DNA of 64,000 nucleotides, from NCBI RefSeq assembly GCF_009914755.1, contig NC_060926.1; one strand, 5' to 3'. The DNA comes from the human T2T-CHM13v2.0 reference genome, Homo sapiens. Made by a program: the position numbers and the translations under genes. Under the pieces are notes generated by a model. That model was not told the DNA's origin and did no database searches. It saw only the letters and a program-made list of their open reading frames with translations. This document shows, one piece after another, positions 1 to 14,662 of the stretch; the first letter of the stretch is position 1, and each line of letters starts with the position of its first letter.

Positions 1-1833
1 TATTCTAACTAAAAAGCTTAATCTGTCCTTTCATTTCAGGTGCAAATTAAATTTTTAAAAGTTGAATCTTAGTTAAATTTTTCTGATGGTATGTGAGAAA
101 CTTGGTAAATGATTTGAATTGAGGACAAGAACCTTGCTCACCCATGTATGACCATGTGTCATGTCCCAGAAGGTCTGTGTCTCCCCTTGCCTTGCTCTGT
201 GATCGTATAAGTGGCCCTACATATAACCCAGATAAGCTCATCTTTCCCAAACCCAAAAGAAGTAAAAGATGGAAAATAACAAAATCAGAATACCCCAACA
301 TTCACACAAAAGAGAACAACTGCTTGAAAATGTGTTAGTGACATTACTGTCCTTTGAGTTGGTTCTCTCTCATTCCAGAAAGGAGCACGTGCCAAGCGAC
401 CGAAGAGTTGAGGCTACCTTCTGACTCTACAGCTTGTGGTTGTGAACCAACATTACACATCTCCCCATACTGTCAGAAACTGTATCAGCAGTCCTCAGAG
501 CTGGAAACAGCAGTCACAGAATGAGGTTCCATGTCTCTCTGTTTGACTTATAAAATGTCAATCATTGTGTGGTCTCAGATACATTGACTTGCTCACTGTT
601 TGGTAACATTGCAATGACAATGTGTTTTAAATATATGCTGGAAGGACAATTTAAACACTTGACAGCAGTGAGAGTCAAGACAGACCATATTTTCTGTTCT
701 GAATCTAGTATGCAAGAGAATCTGCACATACTGCCAGTGTTTTATTGTCATTTACATAGTCTTCAATTGTAAAAGTGTTGGTTAAGCAGGCATTTTGCTG
801 CTTGGTTTTACCTTGAGAGCCTGATACGGGGAGGAAGGGTTACTAGTTGAAGAGAACTAAGAGGGCTAAAGCCTAAGAGACCAATTTAAAGGTTTTCTAT
901 TTGTATTGCTCACCCTCTGCATGTACCACCTCTTTCCTTAACTCCCCTCTAACTCCCAGGCTACTGTCCTAGAACTTGTACCCTTAAAACAATCCATGTA
1001 ACGCTCCAAAAATGGTCACCCATTTTTATTTGGAAAAGGATTCAAGAAGAATATAAAGAAGGAAAAGATATAAAACACAGTTTAGCTGGATGATTTATTG
1101 AAATATTTAACTGTGCTTTATTCTCAAATTATTTTTCCTCTTCAGACACTTTCCAGAAAAAGAGCCAAAACCCTTTGGACTCCTTTGCTCCAGGATGTGT
1201 TTCCTTCCTGATTTTGTTTTTCAAAAAGTATAAGCTCCTTGAAGGTATTATGTTATGTGTATAATGAGAATTTGTCCTAACAGAGAGAGAGGGTTTCCCC
1301 TCAACTGGAAAGAGAGCAAGGAGCCTGGGAACCCACTTCCCTCTCTGGGTGCAGCCTCAGTAGAGATGCCCGTGCCAAATCAGCACAGAAGCACAGAATC
1401 AGCTGCTTCAAGGCACCACACTAGCTTAAAGAGCAGATCAGAAGTGACCATAATGGACCACACTGGCTCTGCCCTCATTTTCGGGGCAAAATGCAAACCT
1501 CTAGATTGAAGGAAAAGGAGAACAAGGACAAAAATTAGGTTTCCTGTGAGCTCAGTAACTTTAAGAACATTCCTTATCCACACAAGTTTGTAACACCAAG
1601 TTCAATAGTTTCAAATACAATTAGATGAACCACCTTTGTCAGCAGTTATTCTACTCAAAATGGGTTATCTGTTTCTCCCCAGGGCGTGTGTGGTTGTTAC
1701 TACTTCTCTGGCTGCACTTTATAGGGTAGTACAGATTTCTCCAAGCACCCTGAATTTACAGCCAGAAGACTCAGACTCTATTATTTGGGTCTTGTTCATT
1801 TTTACAGTCTTTAATTGAATACCATTTTGTGAT

Positions 1834-2280
1834 TGTCAAGAACTGTGAAGGCTGTGAGATTTTACCCCATTGATTAGCTAACAAGTTAGCCTGCCATAGA
1901 TTCATGGAAGCTGGCTGATGACATAAGACTCTTGGGTCAAAGACAATGGACTTTATTACTGATGGCACAGCAAGCAGCATGAGTACCATATTTTTCCCTT
2001 GTCCCCAGGTCCTACAGAAGCAATGCAGATTGAGATGAAGGCCTGCACGAGCAGTGGTTTGCATTTCAGGAAAAGGACTTTGAATTTAGGGAACTTGAAT
2101 CTTTTATACTGGACAGCCAGCATGCCCTGCCTTTGCACCAAAGGGAGACACTATCTCTGTCTTCAAAGACTGTTTGCTGTACAAACTTCATCAAAGACAT
2201 TCTTGGGCAACAGATAGTCGATGTCTCTGCTCCTAAGATATGCAGAAATGTGACAGATGCGTGGAAAAGTTCTCCCAGCA
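1834..2280 (-). mobile_element. ERVL-class solo LTR (LTR40-like)
   Basis: Starts tgtcaagaactgtgaagg..gagattttaccc..gctaacaagttagcctgcc, which resembles a recalled reverse-complement LTR40-type 3' end. The right boundary is approximate. Confidence 0.5.
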
Positions 2281-3164
2281 GTGCTAAGCCTGCTGTAGCA
2301 CTTTAAAAAGCTAAAGAAGTAAGACCTCAGCCCTCCAGAATTCAGTGGAAGATCAACTAGCTGATGTGGAACTACAAGCAAAACATTTCACTTTTCAGTG
2401 CTTTTCTTTCTGTGATTACAAAATAGGAATGATATCTGCCCACTCACTGCTTATTTTGAGAAATAAAGGAAAAAGAACAGTCTGACAAATGCTTTGAGTT
2501 TCATGATGGACACTAAAATAGGAGAACATCATATAAAGACATACTGGGTCCTAATCACACTTTTATTCTCCAATGACTTTGGGGAAAGTATGACAAATTT
2601 ACATATATTTTATTCTGATAAGGTGGAAATACTGTGGTTTTTTTTTTGTAAGTGCTGAACATGAGTTTAAGCCCTTAGTTTTGTCAAACTATAAAGCTGA
2701 CTAAATATGTTTAAACACTATTTTTATTGAAACTGCTGTTTAGATTTCTTAAGAAATCAAATAGGTTTGCTGTCTCTTTATCACATCACTTTGTAGCTGG
2801 AGAACAGTACGGATCTATGATTCGTGAGTCCTCACATCTTCTCCAGACCTCTCATCATCTCAAACATGCAGCTGGCAAGTCTTCTACCCTTTCTGTCTTC
2901 CACCTCAGGGGTAGGAGCTCTCTTCTTCGTTCTCCTGGCCTTAACTTCCTCTTTGCTGCCTGGTGAGTTTTTACATAAAGTCAAACTAGACTTTCTGCTT
3001 GTAGGCACAAGAATCATTAGATTTTACAAGCTGCCTTAAAAAGTACTCCTAAATGCAATTAAAGATTTTCCAGCATTCTGTGGTTAATTTGACTAACGTT
3101 GTGCTAAATGATATCCTAAATTTCCGTAAAGACAGTGCTTACCTACCTGTGCTATATAACCCCC

Positions 3165-3295
3165 TACATGAGAATGCCTCAGCCAGTACCCAAGATCTAG
3201 TTAATCAGAGCATCTGAAGATAGAGCTCAGAAATACGCATTTTAACAAGTACCACAGGTGATTCTTGTTAGCCACTAAGGTTTGAGAACAGCTCC
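3165..3295. mobile_element. MER5-type hAT-Charlie MITE fragment
   Basis: gcattttaacaagtaccacaggtgattctt...aggtttgagaac is a typical MER5A core. Confidence 0.6.
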
Positions 3296-5597
3296 TTTGA
3301 AATTATCACCAATAGAATTTCAATAATTATGTTATTTTACAAATTGTCCCATAAAATACAAGACACAAGCATAAGCCATTTATTAAAAGGCAAACAAGCA
3401 AGAGATATAATATATACTTTTAGTTAAATAGGATAATTTCTAAAGAACAAGTATATCTTAATGATACACATAGTTTAATTTCCTTTATTAAAAGGCAAGA
3501 AGTCTAAAAGAATTGTTGAATTAAATATCCAACAATAGAAAAACAGTTAAAGTACAATACATCAACTCAATGGAATATTTTTCAGCTTTTATAAATTATC
3601 ACTAAAAAAAATTAAGCAATACAAAAATATGCATTAGAAAATAGAAAAAAATGTACAGCACAAAATTGCATGTACATGATTGCAACTAAATATCTTCTGT
3701 ATTTGAAAAAAAAACTACAAGAGAAAATGTCAGAGTTGTCAGATTATGGGAAAGTCCTCTCCCTCAATTTTTTTAAAGAAATATATTCAACATTGTATTT
3801 TTTCTACAATTAAGCTAAATAGATAGACTGTGACAGAGCTTGGAAATCCTAATTGCAGGCTCTGCCTAACAGTTCTACTAATTAAATTAACAACACCTAT
3901 TTTGCAAGTATTATGAAACAAGAGAATAGGTGAAGGCGACTCATTCTGTTTACCTTGATTTCTCATGGGGCTTAGATTTCACTTTAATACATTATGATCT
4001 TTTTGTTTCCCATCATCTTCCCACTAATATGTAACCTCTTTTCATCAAGACTTCTTAATTCACTTCTCAGTCTAGAAATCACGTTCTCTCTCTCTTCTCT
4101 TATGGCCTCAGGTACCCTCATTTTCCCTCTCTGGAAATCCATGGGTTACCTGGCCAAACTTAGAATTCACAATACATTTTGCTTTGAGTGCAAAAGTTAC
4201 CAACTGGCCTATTGGAATTGAATATATTTGTTTATTGTAGTTGTTATTCTTAGGGTTTCAAGTTAGGAAGAGATAATTTTTTCCTTCTACCTTGTAAACA
4301 TATGATATAGAGGCTCTCAAGATGAAATACTCTTCTTAAACCACACCTTTATTTTATAAACAGCACCATATCTTGTGTCAGGAACATCATGAAATGTTCA
4401 GGAGGTGCACTACACAGCAGCTCAGGCAAGAGGTTGAGGACCAGCCAACGTTCAGCCCAAACTCTCCTCACCCAGATCTGTTCTTTTGTTAATGTAAAAG
4501 CTAGAAGGGAGAACAAATCAGCTATAAGTTTGCCTATTTTAAAGCTCCTTCATTGCATGATTTTCACCTCATCAAAAATGCCCGCCAGGAGATGCTTCAA
4601 TATAACAGATGATTTGTGGATACAGAATTGTTCCCTTTTCTTGTGCTTTTTTGACTGTACTAAGAAACAAAGGTTCCCTGCCAAGACCCTGCCAAGACCA
4701 CTGCTAGTATTCAGTTTCTTCAGTGCACACAGACAGCTGAAAAGAGTATAGCTTGTATTTCTGTGACTTACAGAGAACAATCTTCAGCTCTAACATCTGC
4801 CCTACCCAAGCACAGCTCCAGGGAAGCTCAGTAACAGTGATGCTGGTGTCTCGGGAAATGGCACAGCGTTGGAATAAAAGATGTCAGTTGACACTATTTA
4901 GCTACAATAAGTTCTATTTATGAGCTTTTAACTTCAAAACTAATATATACAGGTATCTAGGACAGTTGTGTATCTAACAAATCATAAATATTATCATCAT
5001 TCTCATTACTGTCATATAAATTCTGAGTAAAGAGGAAATCAGTCAAACATTAAGTTGGAGGTAGTAAGAACTCAAAGTAATGCACTAAGTTTCCAACTAG
5101 TTATAAAACTGTATTTTCTGCTTAGCTAATCCTCACCAGATTAATGAGTGCTCACACTATGCTTAGTATTGAAACCATAACTTGTGACAATCATTTGCCC
5201 ATACAGCTGTCCCAAACCAACACAGGACTGCTTCTGTTGTGGAATCTGTCTTACAGCTATTATCAATTCACTGATTTTTTAATAGAATTACTCATTTCTA
5301 GGACATTGTCTAGTTCAGATCCAGCAAAACTACAGCTTTCATTTTGGTTATTCAATATTTAGCACCCATTTTGTGGAGATACCATCAAAAAAAAAAAATT
5401 CTCCTGAGCTCAGCCTTAGTGACTCAAGTAGTCTTGAATACACCAAATCATATGGAAGAGGAAGCCCCAGAATAAATTTTTGAGAACAGTCTGTTTTATT
5501 CAGTCCCATCAATAATTCAGAAATATACAGGGTCTTAGGAATCCATCATGTTAACTATTGAAGACTTAACTAATCTCTAAATTAGAATGTAGTAGCT

Positions 5598-6090
5598 GTG
5601 TGGGTGGGAAGATTTCTTTCCTTGCCCATTGCAAGGTTCATGGCTAACACTTCTATAACAAAAGACAGTTTAACAAGAGAAAAGCATACAATTTATTTTA
5701 TAAAAGGTTTATGTGACACCAGAGGTTTCAGAAATGAAGAACCAAAGACCTAGGGAAAACTGTGTATTTTTGTGGACAGTCATGCAGAAATGATTGTAGG
5801 ACAAAAGGGTATGAGCTAATGGTAACAAACTGGGGGAATCTCCACAAGGCCTACTTGTTCAGATTCTTCTTGACCTTTCTGTGTGACATTCCTTCCCTTG
5901 GGGTATAGGTCAGGACACCTGTCACATGAGGATCTTATGACCTACTTTCAGGAGAAGGAGGTCAGACTTCTTTGATGGCTAGCTCTCAGGGGAGAAATGT
6001 GGAAGGAAGTCAGAGAACTACCTTATTGCTTCAGCTGTTTTCTCAATTCCCAAGGTACTATACTTTGGAGTATGTGTTCTGACCCCCAAC
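5598..6090 (-). mobile_element. ERV1-class solo LTR (MER31-like)
   Basis: Contains taacaagagaaaagcatacaatttatt...gaaatgaagaaccaaaga...gggaaaactgtgtattttt and ends ...gttctgacccccaaca. Confidence 0.55.
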
Positions 6091-6530
6091 AGAGCCTGCA
6101 ATTTTATTCCATTTCTGTACCTGAGTCTAATTCATATCAAGGTTCAAGCACCATGCATCTGTGGCTTTTCTTGGGTACCTCCAGACCTGGGTCAGTCTGA
6201 CCTTTCTACTATACTTCCAAAGACTGCCAGGCCAGGACCCGCAGCTAAAGGGAATCTGGGAGCTGGGTCAGCATTTGGCTCTTCAGCTCCACAGGGAGAG
6301 AAGAAGCATATCACAGGGTGGGAATAGTTGAAGAATTACCAAAAAGAGAATGATAGGAGATGAGGAGAAGTAAAGGGAAATAGAGTTCATGGCCATGGCC
6401 CACTGTCATGATGTAAGGCACAGCTGTAGACCTTCAGCTAATATATGTTTCATAAGTAAGTTGTTCCTTCTTAAATAATTAGCAGCCATCTATTTTGTGT
6501 GAGACACATCTTTATGGATATAAACATGCT

Positions 6531-6832
6531 AGGCAAGGCATGGTGGTTCATGCCTATAATCCCACTGCTTTAGGAATCCAAGATGGAAAGATTGTTCAAG
6601 TGCAGGAGTTTGAAACCAGCCTGAGCAACATAGCAAGACTCTATGTCAACAAAATGTTGTTTAAAATAGCTGTGCATGGTGGTGCACACTTGTAGTCCCA
6701 CTTGCCTGGAAAGCTGAGACAGGAGGATGGCTTGAGCCCCGGAGTTCAAGGCTGCAGTGAGCCATGATCATGCCACTGCATTCCAGCCTGGGTGACAGAG
6801 TGAGATCCTGCTCAAAAAAAGAAAAAAATAAG
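6531..6832 (+). mobile_element. AluJ
   Basis: Diverged Alu dimer with J diagnostics (ggttcaaggctgcagtgagccatgatc) and an A-rich tail. Confidence 0.9.
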
Positions 6833-6904
6833 AAGAAGGAGAGAAAGAAAGATGCTATAGCAGGCTCCTCTGTTCTCTGGAGAGCACAGCATGTGTGCCA
6901 TAGA

Positions 6905-7085
6905 AAGACCATAGGCTCTGAAGACAGGCACACCTGAGTTCAAAAACTGTATCTGTCATTTACTACCTATGTCCAAGTTACTCAGTCTCTGAGCCTGCTT
7001 GATCTTCTGAAAAATATCTAAAGGGTAGTTGGGAAAATGACATGAGAAAACCTAGCCTGGCCCAGAATAGGCGCCCAATAAAAGT
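6905..7085 (+). mobile_element. MIR SINE
   Basis: ggctctgaagacag..cctgagttcaaa..catttactacctatgt..caagttactcagtctctgagcct core. Confidence 0.65.
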
Positions 7086-7571
7086 TAGCTTCTTGCTACT
7101 TTCCTTCATAGGAATTTGCAAACTAGGTGTCAAGGTAATAAAAAAGAAACTCCGTGCTTCCAAGATTAGCCTTTTGTGGAGCTGCTCCACTTCAAGGCAG
7201 TCTAATTAACACTCACTCTTCACCTTCACCCACGCATTCATCAGTTTCAACAACGGTTGATCACTAGCAAGAGGTCGCAGAGCAGATCCAGGCCTCCCGA
7301 GTCTTAATCCCAATTTATACTTTTGAGTATCTGTTTGCAACAGGAAATTTAAATAAGATGAAAACACAATACTTTATTTGTGATTTAAAATACCTTCAAA
7401 TCCATGCTCCCCCTCATCATTCCAGATTCTAACATGATTAAATAAAATTTCTAATTAAATGCTTACTCCAATTTTTATACTAATTTATATGGCATATATT
7501 TATGCTATAGCAGAGCTGCTTTTTTATGGATTGTAAATACTTACTATTTTTCCCTTTCAGGTCTTTAAAGC

Positions 7572-7755
7572 AATAATGTTTCAGAGTTTACAATGCAGAC
7601 CACATATAACCATCAACCGAGGACATTTTTAAATTACTGATGCTTGGGACAGACCTCAGTCCAATTAAATCAGAATCTCCATGGGTAGCACCCAGGCACT
7701 GGGGGTTGGGGCATTTGTAAAGCTCTCTGGGTGATTTTAATGAACAGCCTGAGGG
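7572..7755. mobile_element. MER5-type hAT-Charlie MITE
   Basis: ccaattaaatcagaatct...cccaggca...aagctctctgggtgattttaatg. Confidence 0.6.
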
Positions 7756-8139
7756 ATGTAGGAGGAGGGAGATTTGACTACATTTTCCCCTCTTATTTAC
7801 TGTATGTCAGAGTTTCCCATTGTGCTCCCCACTGATTATTCTGAGTCCCAACTCCAGCCAAAACACTGGATGGGATTATGGAAGAACCACATCATCTCTT
7901 CCCAAGAAGGAGCGCTGTGAGTTTGCCATGACTTTCCAGGCACATCCCAGCAGCATTTCCTATTAAGCAGCTGTTCCTTTCAACCTTCCTGATGTCTTAA
8001 CCTGGCCCTGTGTGCCCTACCTGCCCTGGGCTCATCTCCTAATCTTGCCCTTACATTATTCCCATTGTGGGGTCATAATAGACTTTGTTCTGTTTGCTAG
8101 TCCTTTTGGTCCTGGTTTTCCTCCACAAAACAAACAGAT

Positions 8140-8284
8140 GTCCATAAGAATCACCTGAGGATCTTGCTAAAATGTAGGTTCTGATTCAGAAATGCAGGGG
8201 CAGGGCCCTGAGAGTCTGCATTTCTAACAATTGCCCAGATGATGCTGATGTCGCCAACCAGCTGACCACACTTAAATAGCAAGG
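8140..8284. mobile_element. MER5A-type MITE
   Basis: gaatcacctgaggatcttgctaaaatgtaggttctgattcag...gtctgcatttctaacaa...gatgctgatg. Confidence 0.75.
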
Positions 8285-10440
8285 ATATCCATGGTCTTTT
8301 TCACCTCTAATTGTGGGCAGAACATAATTCAACTGTTTGAAGTTCTTTTTTCTTTTGTGAGACATTGTTTACCATTTCTGATATATTTGATGTTGAGTCT
8401 TTGGATAAAAGTATGTCCCATAATTAAAGCATTGCTCCTATGGAAAAACACAATCCACTTATGATAACCCACTTTTATATTCAGTGCATAGGAAGCACCA
8501 CGGTGAAGAGAGAGACTTTCTGGATAAACTGAGTCTGGGGTTTGATGCCATTTTTGTCCCACCCTCTATTTGCCATCATTCAAAGAACATGGTCTCTTGC
8601 CAATTAGGTTTCCTTTTCCTTTCCCCATTGTTATATCGCCGGATAGTGTGTGGCTTCAATCAGAACTTCCAAAATATTTGGATTTTATGAACTAGGTAAT
8701 ATTTTCAAAAACAATTTGGGGACTGATATAAGATTGCTAATCTTTAATTAGCTAAGCAAAGATATAAAAACAAATAACTACCATCCATTAACAGTGTTGT
8801 TTTATTTTTTAAAAGCACATGTTAATACCAAAACATAACTAGGAGGGAACTAATCTCATAATAAAAAGCAGTTCCTTAAAAGTGAATAAATTTAGCTTTA
8901 TAGGAAAAATCACTACACTAGCCTTATCCTTCTCATTTCACCTAGTCTGATAAAAACTTCATCATAAACAATAGTCCATACACTCCACTTTAGGTACTAC
9001 TGTAGGCTTAAGTAACAGGAGGAACTTTTGATAGCAAGTAATATTTTCTTCATCAATAACTAAGACTAGGGTCTTTGTGCAGGGAATGAATCTGGTTTGA
9101 AAATCAGTACCAACCTAAACCACTTCCAGGTTTATCATCCTTTCCATGCTCTCTGCAGTAGACACGAGCTGTTCCTAGAAGGCTGATTTCTATTTGCCCC
9201 ATCCCAGCTTCCTTCTCCTACCTGTTGGTCCATATTGATAGGTTCTATGATATCCTAGTTATGACAATCCTCTTTCCTCTGTATTGAGGAAATGCCAGCC
9301 CTAAACAAGAGAACTTTGTTTTATCAGTTTTTCCAGAATATGAATGTTTGATTCCCACCAAGTTGCCACTGATTACTTTACATGGTATGGGCTGCATTTA
9401 TGAGCAGCCCACACAGGATAAGTATCCAGAAAAGAAACAAGTTCCTGAGTCGCTGTCAGGATTTAATTCTGTAATCACTTTTAAGAAGTTGTGTTGGATT
9501 TGTAGAGAAGGCAAAACTCTGTTTTCCTATGCTTTGAAACTGGCTTCAATGACAATAAAGAAGAAACCAAAGAAAATGCTTTTGAAATTAGAGAAATAAA
9601 AACTTCTGAAATCTTTATGAGTAGGCAAGCTGTGAAAGCAGTGGCAGGGTGCTTCCTGCTGAGTCATGAAATGGAATGATTCATAGTCAAGCAATTCAAG
9701 GCCACAGACAACAGAACTCAAGCAAGGGAGTAGCAGGAATCAAGCCCAGATTGTAAATCCAGGATTGGAAACATAATTGAAATCAGGAGTAAAGCAGAAA
9801 TATCACAGGAACACAGGCTGTTTGAGTCTGGTGGACATGCCAAAATTAGGAAAATGGTAGAACAGAATTAGGTCATTATTTGAGGATCGGGAACACAGAC
9901 CAGAGATAGATGGATGCTAAGTGAAGCCCCTTGATTCAGGCTTCCTGGGAAAGAAGGCCTAAGAGACCTTAAGTAGATCTCTTGGAAATCTTTGTCAGCC
10001 CTACCTACAAAATTACTCCCATTTACCCAGTCTATCCACTCGCCTGTCTGGGAGCCACCCTGAAAGAATGATGAATGTCTCTGAGACTAATTCTACACAC
10101 CAAACTGGTCCAACCACATTGACTGAAGCAATAGTTTGAGAAAACAAGTCCACAAATCAAACCTTCTTGTTCTGTCTATAGATATAACCTGAATCTAAAC
10201 TTTGAGTTTAAATTGTCTCAGTAGTAAAATTACTGATGCATATAGCAGTATATACAGGCTTTTTTCTGTTGCTTCTGATTTTCATCAGAAACCCTAGAAC
10301 AGAGAAGATTAAGAACACACATTATGAATTTAAGAAGCCACCCAAACAGCTGATCTAGAAATTCAAATAGCACAGATAAAAGGCAGTGGTGAGAAAAGAA
10401 ATTAAGTGCTTTCTGCATATATCATGCTTAGTTCATCCAA

Positions 10441-10863
10441 TGCTATGGGCTAAAGTGAGTCCCACCAAATTCGTGTGTTCAAGCCCTAACCCCCCTAACC
10501 TCAGAAAATGTTTTGGGAGATAGAACTTTTAAAGAGATGATCAAGTTAAAATGGGGCCACTAGGATAGGCTATAATCTAATCAGACTGGTGTGCTTATAA
10601 GAGGAAATTTAGCCACACACAGTCACAAGGGACCTGCCTGTACAGGGGAACCACCCTGTGAAGGAGAAGAAGAGAATAGCTAACTGCAGGCCAAGGAGAC
10701 AGGCCTGGAATGGGTTTGTTCCTCAAGGCCTTTAGAGGGAATCAACCTTGCCAGCAATTTAATTTTGAACCTCCAGCCTCTAGAACTGTGAGAAAATAAA
10801 TTTCTGTTGTTTAGGCCCGCTGATCAGTGGCATTTTGTTATGGCAGCTCTAGCAGATAGCACA
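10441..10863 (+). mobile_element. MaLR solo LTR (MLT1B-like)
   Basis: TG...CA ends, body tgctatgggct...ctagaactgtgagaaaataaatttctgttgttta...ttgttatggcagc, and a near 5-bp TSD tccaa/tcaaa. Confidence 0.85.
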
Positions 10864-11899
10864 TCAAATAAACTGGTTAATGGAAGGGGAAAAAAATTCT
10901 GCTACTTATAAGTTTAAGTGCTCTATATCTTATAGCTGCACAAACTTTCTGAACCATACCCCTAACAAATTTTAAATTAACCTAAAAAGTCAATTTAGAA
11001 TTCTGTGTCTTTTATAAAGTTTTAACATCTTTCAAGAAGAGGAAATAAACTTTCATTATCTTCAAATGTTCTTTCACATAAAGTCTGAAGTTTGTAGCCT
11101 GTTCCTACATCTTATCATGTCAGAAATAGAAACAATTTTTCTTCCTACATAAAGTAAACTTTCCTCATTAACATAAACATATGTTCAGACAAGAGCATAT
11201 TCAGGGTTTTACCATGTTTCAGTGGATAGAAAATAAGAGAATACTCTGAGAGCTCATTAAGATGGTTTGATACTATTTGTCGAAAGTTTCAAGAGAGAAT
11301 GTTGATTAAAATACAGGGAGTCAGTTAAAGTCCTCTCCTCAGCCTCTTGGGGTAATTTATCACCTTCAATCATCTTAAAGTTTAATAGCCAATAACAGTA
11401 TAATAGTTCTCATTCATGAGGTAGTTATATTTTAACTGGGGTCAAAGCATTATATTACAAATAAAGATCTAACCTATTTCAGACATCATTCAAGGAAGAT
11501 TTGAGGAGCCCCAAGATGTTGGTGGGGACTACACCTGTAAAGACATTTTATAGTTAACATCTGCTTCACTGACCTTCATATAATGTAAGTAATATACTTA
11601 AACAAAGCTACTGCTGAATGTTGACATAACAGGGTATAATGAAAACTTATCCCCTGCATTCAAAAGTGTGCCAGCTAAGTATGTATTGCATCCCAGCTTC
11701 AAAGCCACCTTTTATTGGCTGCTTGGCAAAAATGAAGCTGGAATGTTGAAATATTTCTTCTTTGCAGTGACAACAGTGTCAAGCTTTGTCTGTATACGGA
11801 GGTGGAGAAACACTACAAGAGGAATAGGGCTCCTCTTCCTGGTTCTGGTGTTTTCTATTTTCTTCTTGTTCCTATCTCATGGCTACCAACTGTGCATGT

Positions 11900-12365
11900 A
11901 AGGTTGCTCTAGTGACACCCCATCAAGTTGCAGTGGCATACATACTGATGGCTCCTCATCGAGTTGCAGTGGCATTCCTATTGACAGCTTCCCGATGAAT
12001 CTCACAGGTGTCCCGAAAGTCAGCTTCCCAGCCTTGGCCCACGTGCACTTTGGAGGGGTGGTTTACTCATTGCCCAGCATCTGTGGACCAGTTCTGGCCT
12101 GGGCAACCAAGCACACTTCTCTGGAATCTCCTGGTCTACAACCACACCTTTTCCACTGTGGTCTGAATTCCGGCCTTAGGAAAGAGGTTCTCTTTCCCAC
12201 ATTTGTTCCTTCTTTAGATACCCTCCCTGAGCCCCAGATATCCTTTTGAGTATCTTTACTCCTTTATAGATCAGCACCTGGTATAGTTAATAGTTATTTA
12301 TACTAAACTTTCCCTGTTCTAATTACTATCTGATTTTGTCTCCTGATTGAACCTTGACTGGTATA
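11900..12365 (+). mobile_element. ERVL-class LTR fragment (subfamily uncertain)
   Basis: 3' end ...taaactttccctgttc...tctcctgattgaaccttgactggtata is typical of ERVL LTR termini. The left boundary is uncertain. Confidence 0.45.
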
Positions 12366-12791
12366 AGAGGGGTTGGGGAAAAAGGCCTTCATTCCTAAGG
12401 AATAAACTTTCCAAGCACTTATTTAAAAAACCCAAAGTATGCAAAGAACCAGAAGATAGTTTGCCCTTCTGCCAGAGTAGTCTATTTCAAATGACTCTAA
12501 TATCCTGACTATAACAAATGACATAGAAAAAAACCAGTGAGCATTCAAATCCAAGAAAGATAGTTTCTCATATTAAACCCTCAACCAAAAAATCAAATAA
12601 AACAAAACCCTTAAACTAAAAATTCAAACTGAAATATACAAGGGACTTAATCAACTGTTAATCTGCAGTATGGTACCCAAATGAATATGTTCTGTGTTCA
12701 GTTTAAAAATTATCTGGAGGAAGCAGGGAAAAGGAGCCTGACTAGCTAGACTTTATACATCTGTTCTCTGCAAAAATATTATCTCAAACTA

Positions 12792-13123
12792 AGCCAGGTG
12801 CAGTGATGCATGCCTGTAGTCCCATCTACCCAGGAGGCTAAATAGGGGATTGCTTGAGTCCAGGAGTTCAAGGCTGCAGTAAGCTATGATCATACTTGAT
12901 AATGGTCACTGCACAGCAGCCCAGAGTTTATAGATTATCCTTTCCATCTCTCCCTCTATTCCTTTCTCCTCTCTTATTTCTTTCTCACTGTCATTGGGTC
13001 TTAGACGTTAGATAGGTTAACATTTGTTATCTTCCTCATTTATAGAGAATTACAAGTATGAACTATTAATCCTGCTATTAGAAATTGTATCAGTACTAAT
13101 AGAGAGACCTCCATCTCAAAAAG
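12792..13123 (+). mobile_element. FAM (fossil Alu monomer) interrupted by a ~180 bp insertion at 12920-13099
   Basis: gccaggtgcagtg..cctgtagtccc..gctgcagtaagctatgatc..aatggtcactgcacagcagcc | insert | tagagagacctccatctcaaaaa follows the 7SL-derived FAM consensus. Confidence 0.8.
12920..13099 (+). repeat. Direct duplicate copy of 15665-15855
   Basis: By-eye alignment gives ~19 substitutions and 3 small gaps over ~180 bp. Confidence 0.95.

Positions 13124-13124
<1 letters not shown>

Positions 13125-13169
<45 letters not shown>
13125..13169 (+). repeat. (CA)n microsatellite, ~22 units
   Basis: Pure CA run directly after the FAM A-tail. Confidence 0.98.
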
Positions 13170-13171
<2 letters not shown>

Positions 13172-13419
13172 AATCACAAAATAGGCCAAAACAGGTCATG
13201 TTGGAAATGCAAGATCTGCAGCCATGATACTTTGCATATGTTATGCAGAGTCCCACACTTAGAGTGCTAATGATTGAGAGTCATGATACCTGTCTCACAG
13301 GCTTGTTGTAAAGATTAATACTGAGAGCAGTGTTTGACGTAGAGCAAATCTCCATAAAGGCTATTTGTTGTGGTTATTGTTGTATTCACGACTCCTTTTT
13401 GACCATATAGAGTATTACA

Positions 13420-14265
<846 letters not shown>

Positions 14266-14325
14266 ATGATCTTGCTTAAATAATTTAATTTCTCGCCATC
14301 TAGTTTTCCTGCAAAACTTGTATGA

Positions 14326-14662
<337 letters not shown>

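Noticed and set aside
4389-4780. 120-aa and 76-aa ORFs in non-repeat DNA
   Set aside because: No recognisable protein family or convincing splice context; length is compatible with chance.
11921-11976. Short direct repeat catc(a/g)agttgcagtggcat x2
   Set aside because: Only two units inside an LTR relic. It is not CRISPR-like, and the DNA is eukaryotic.
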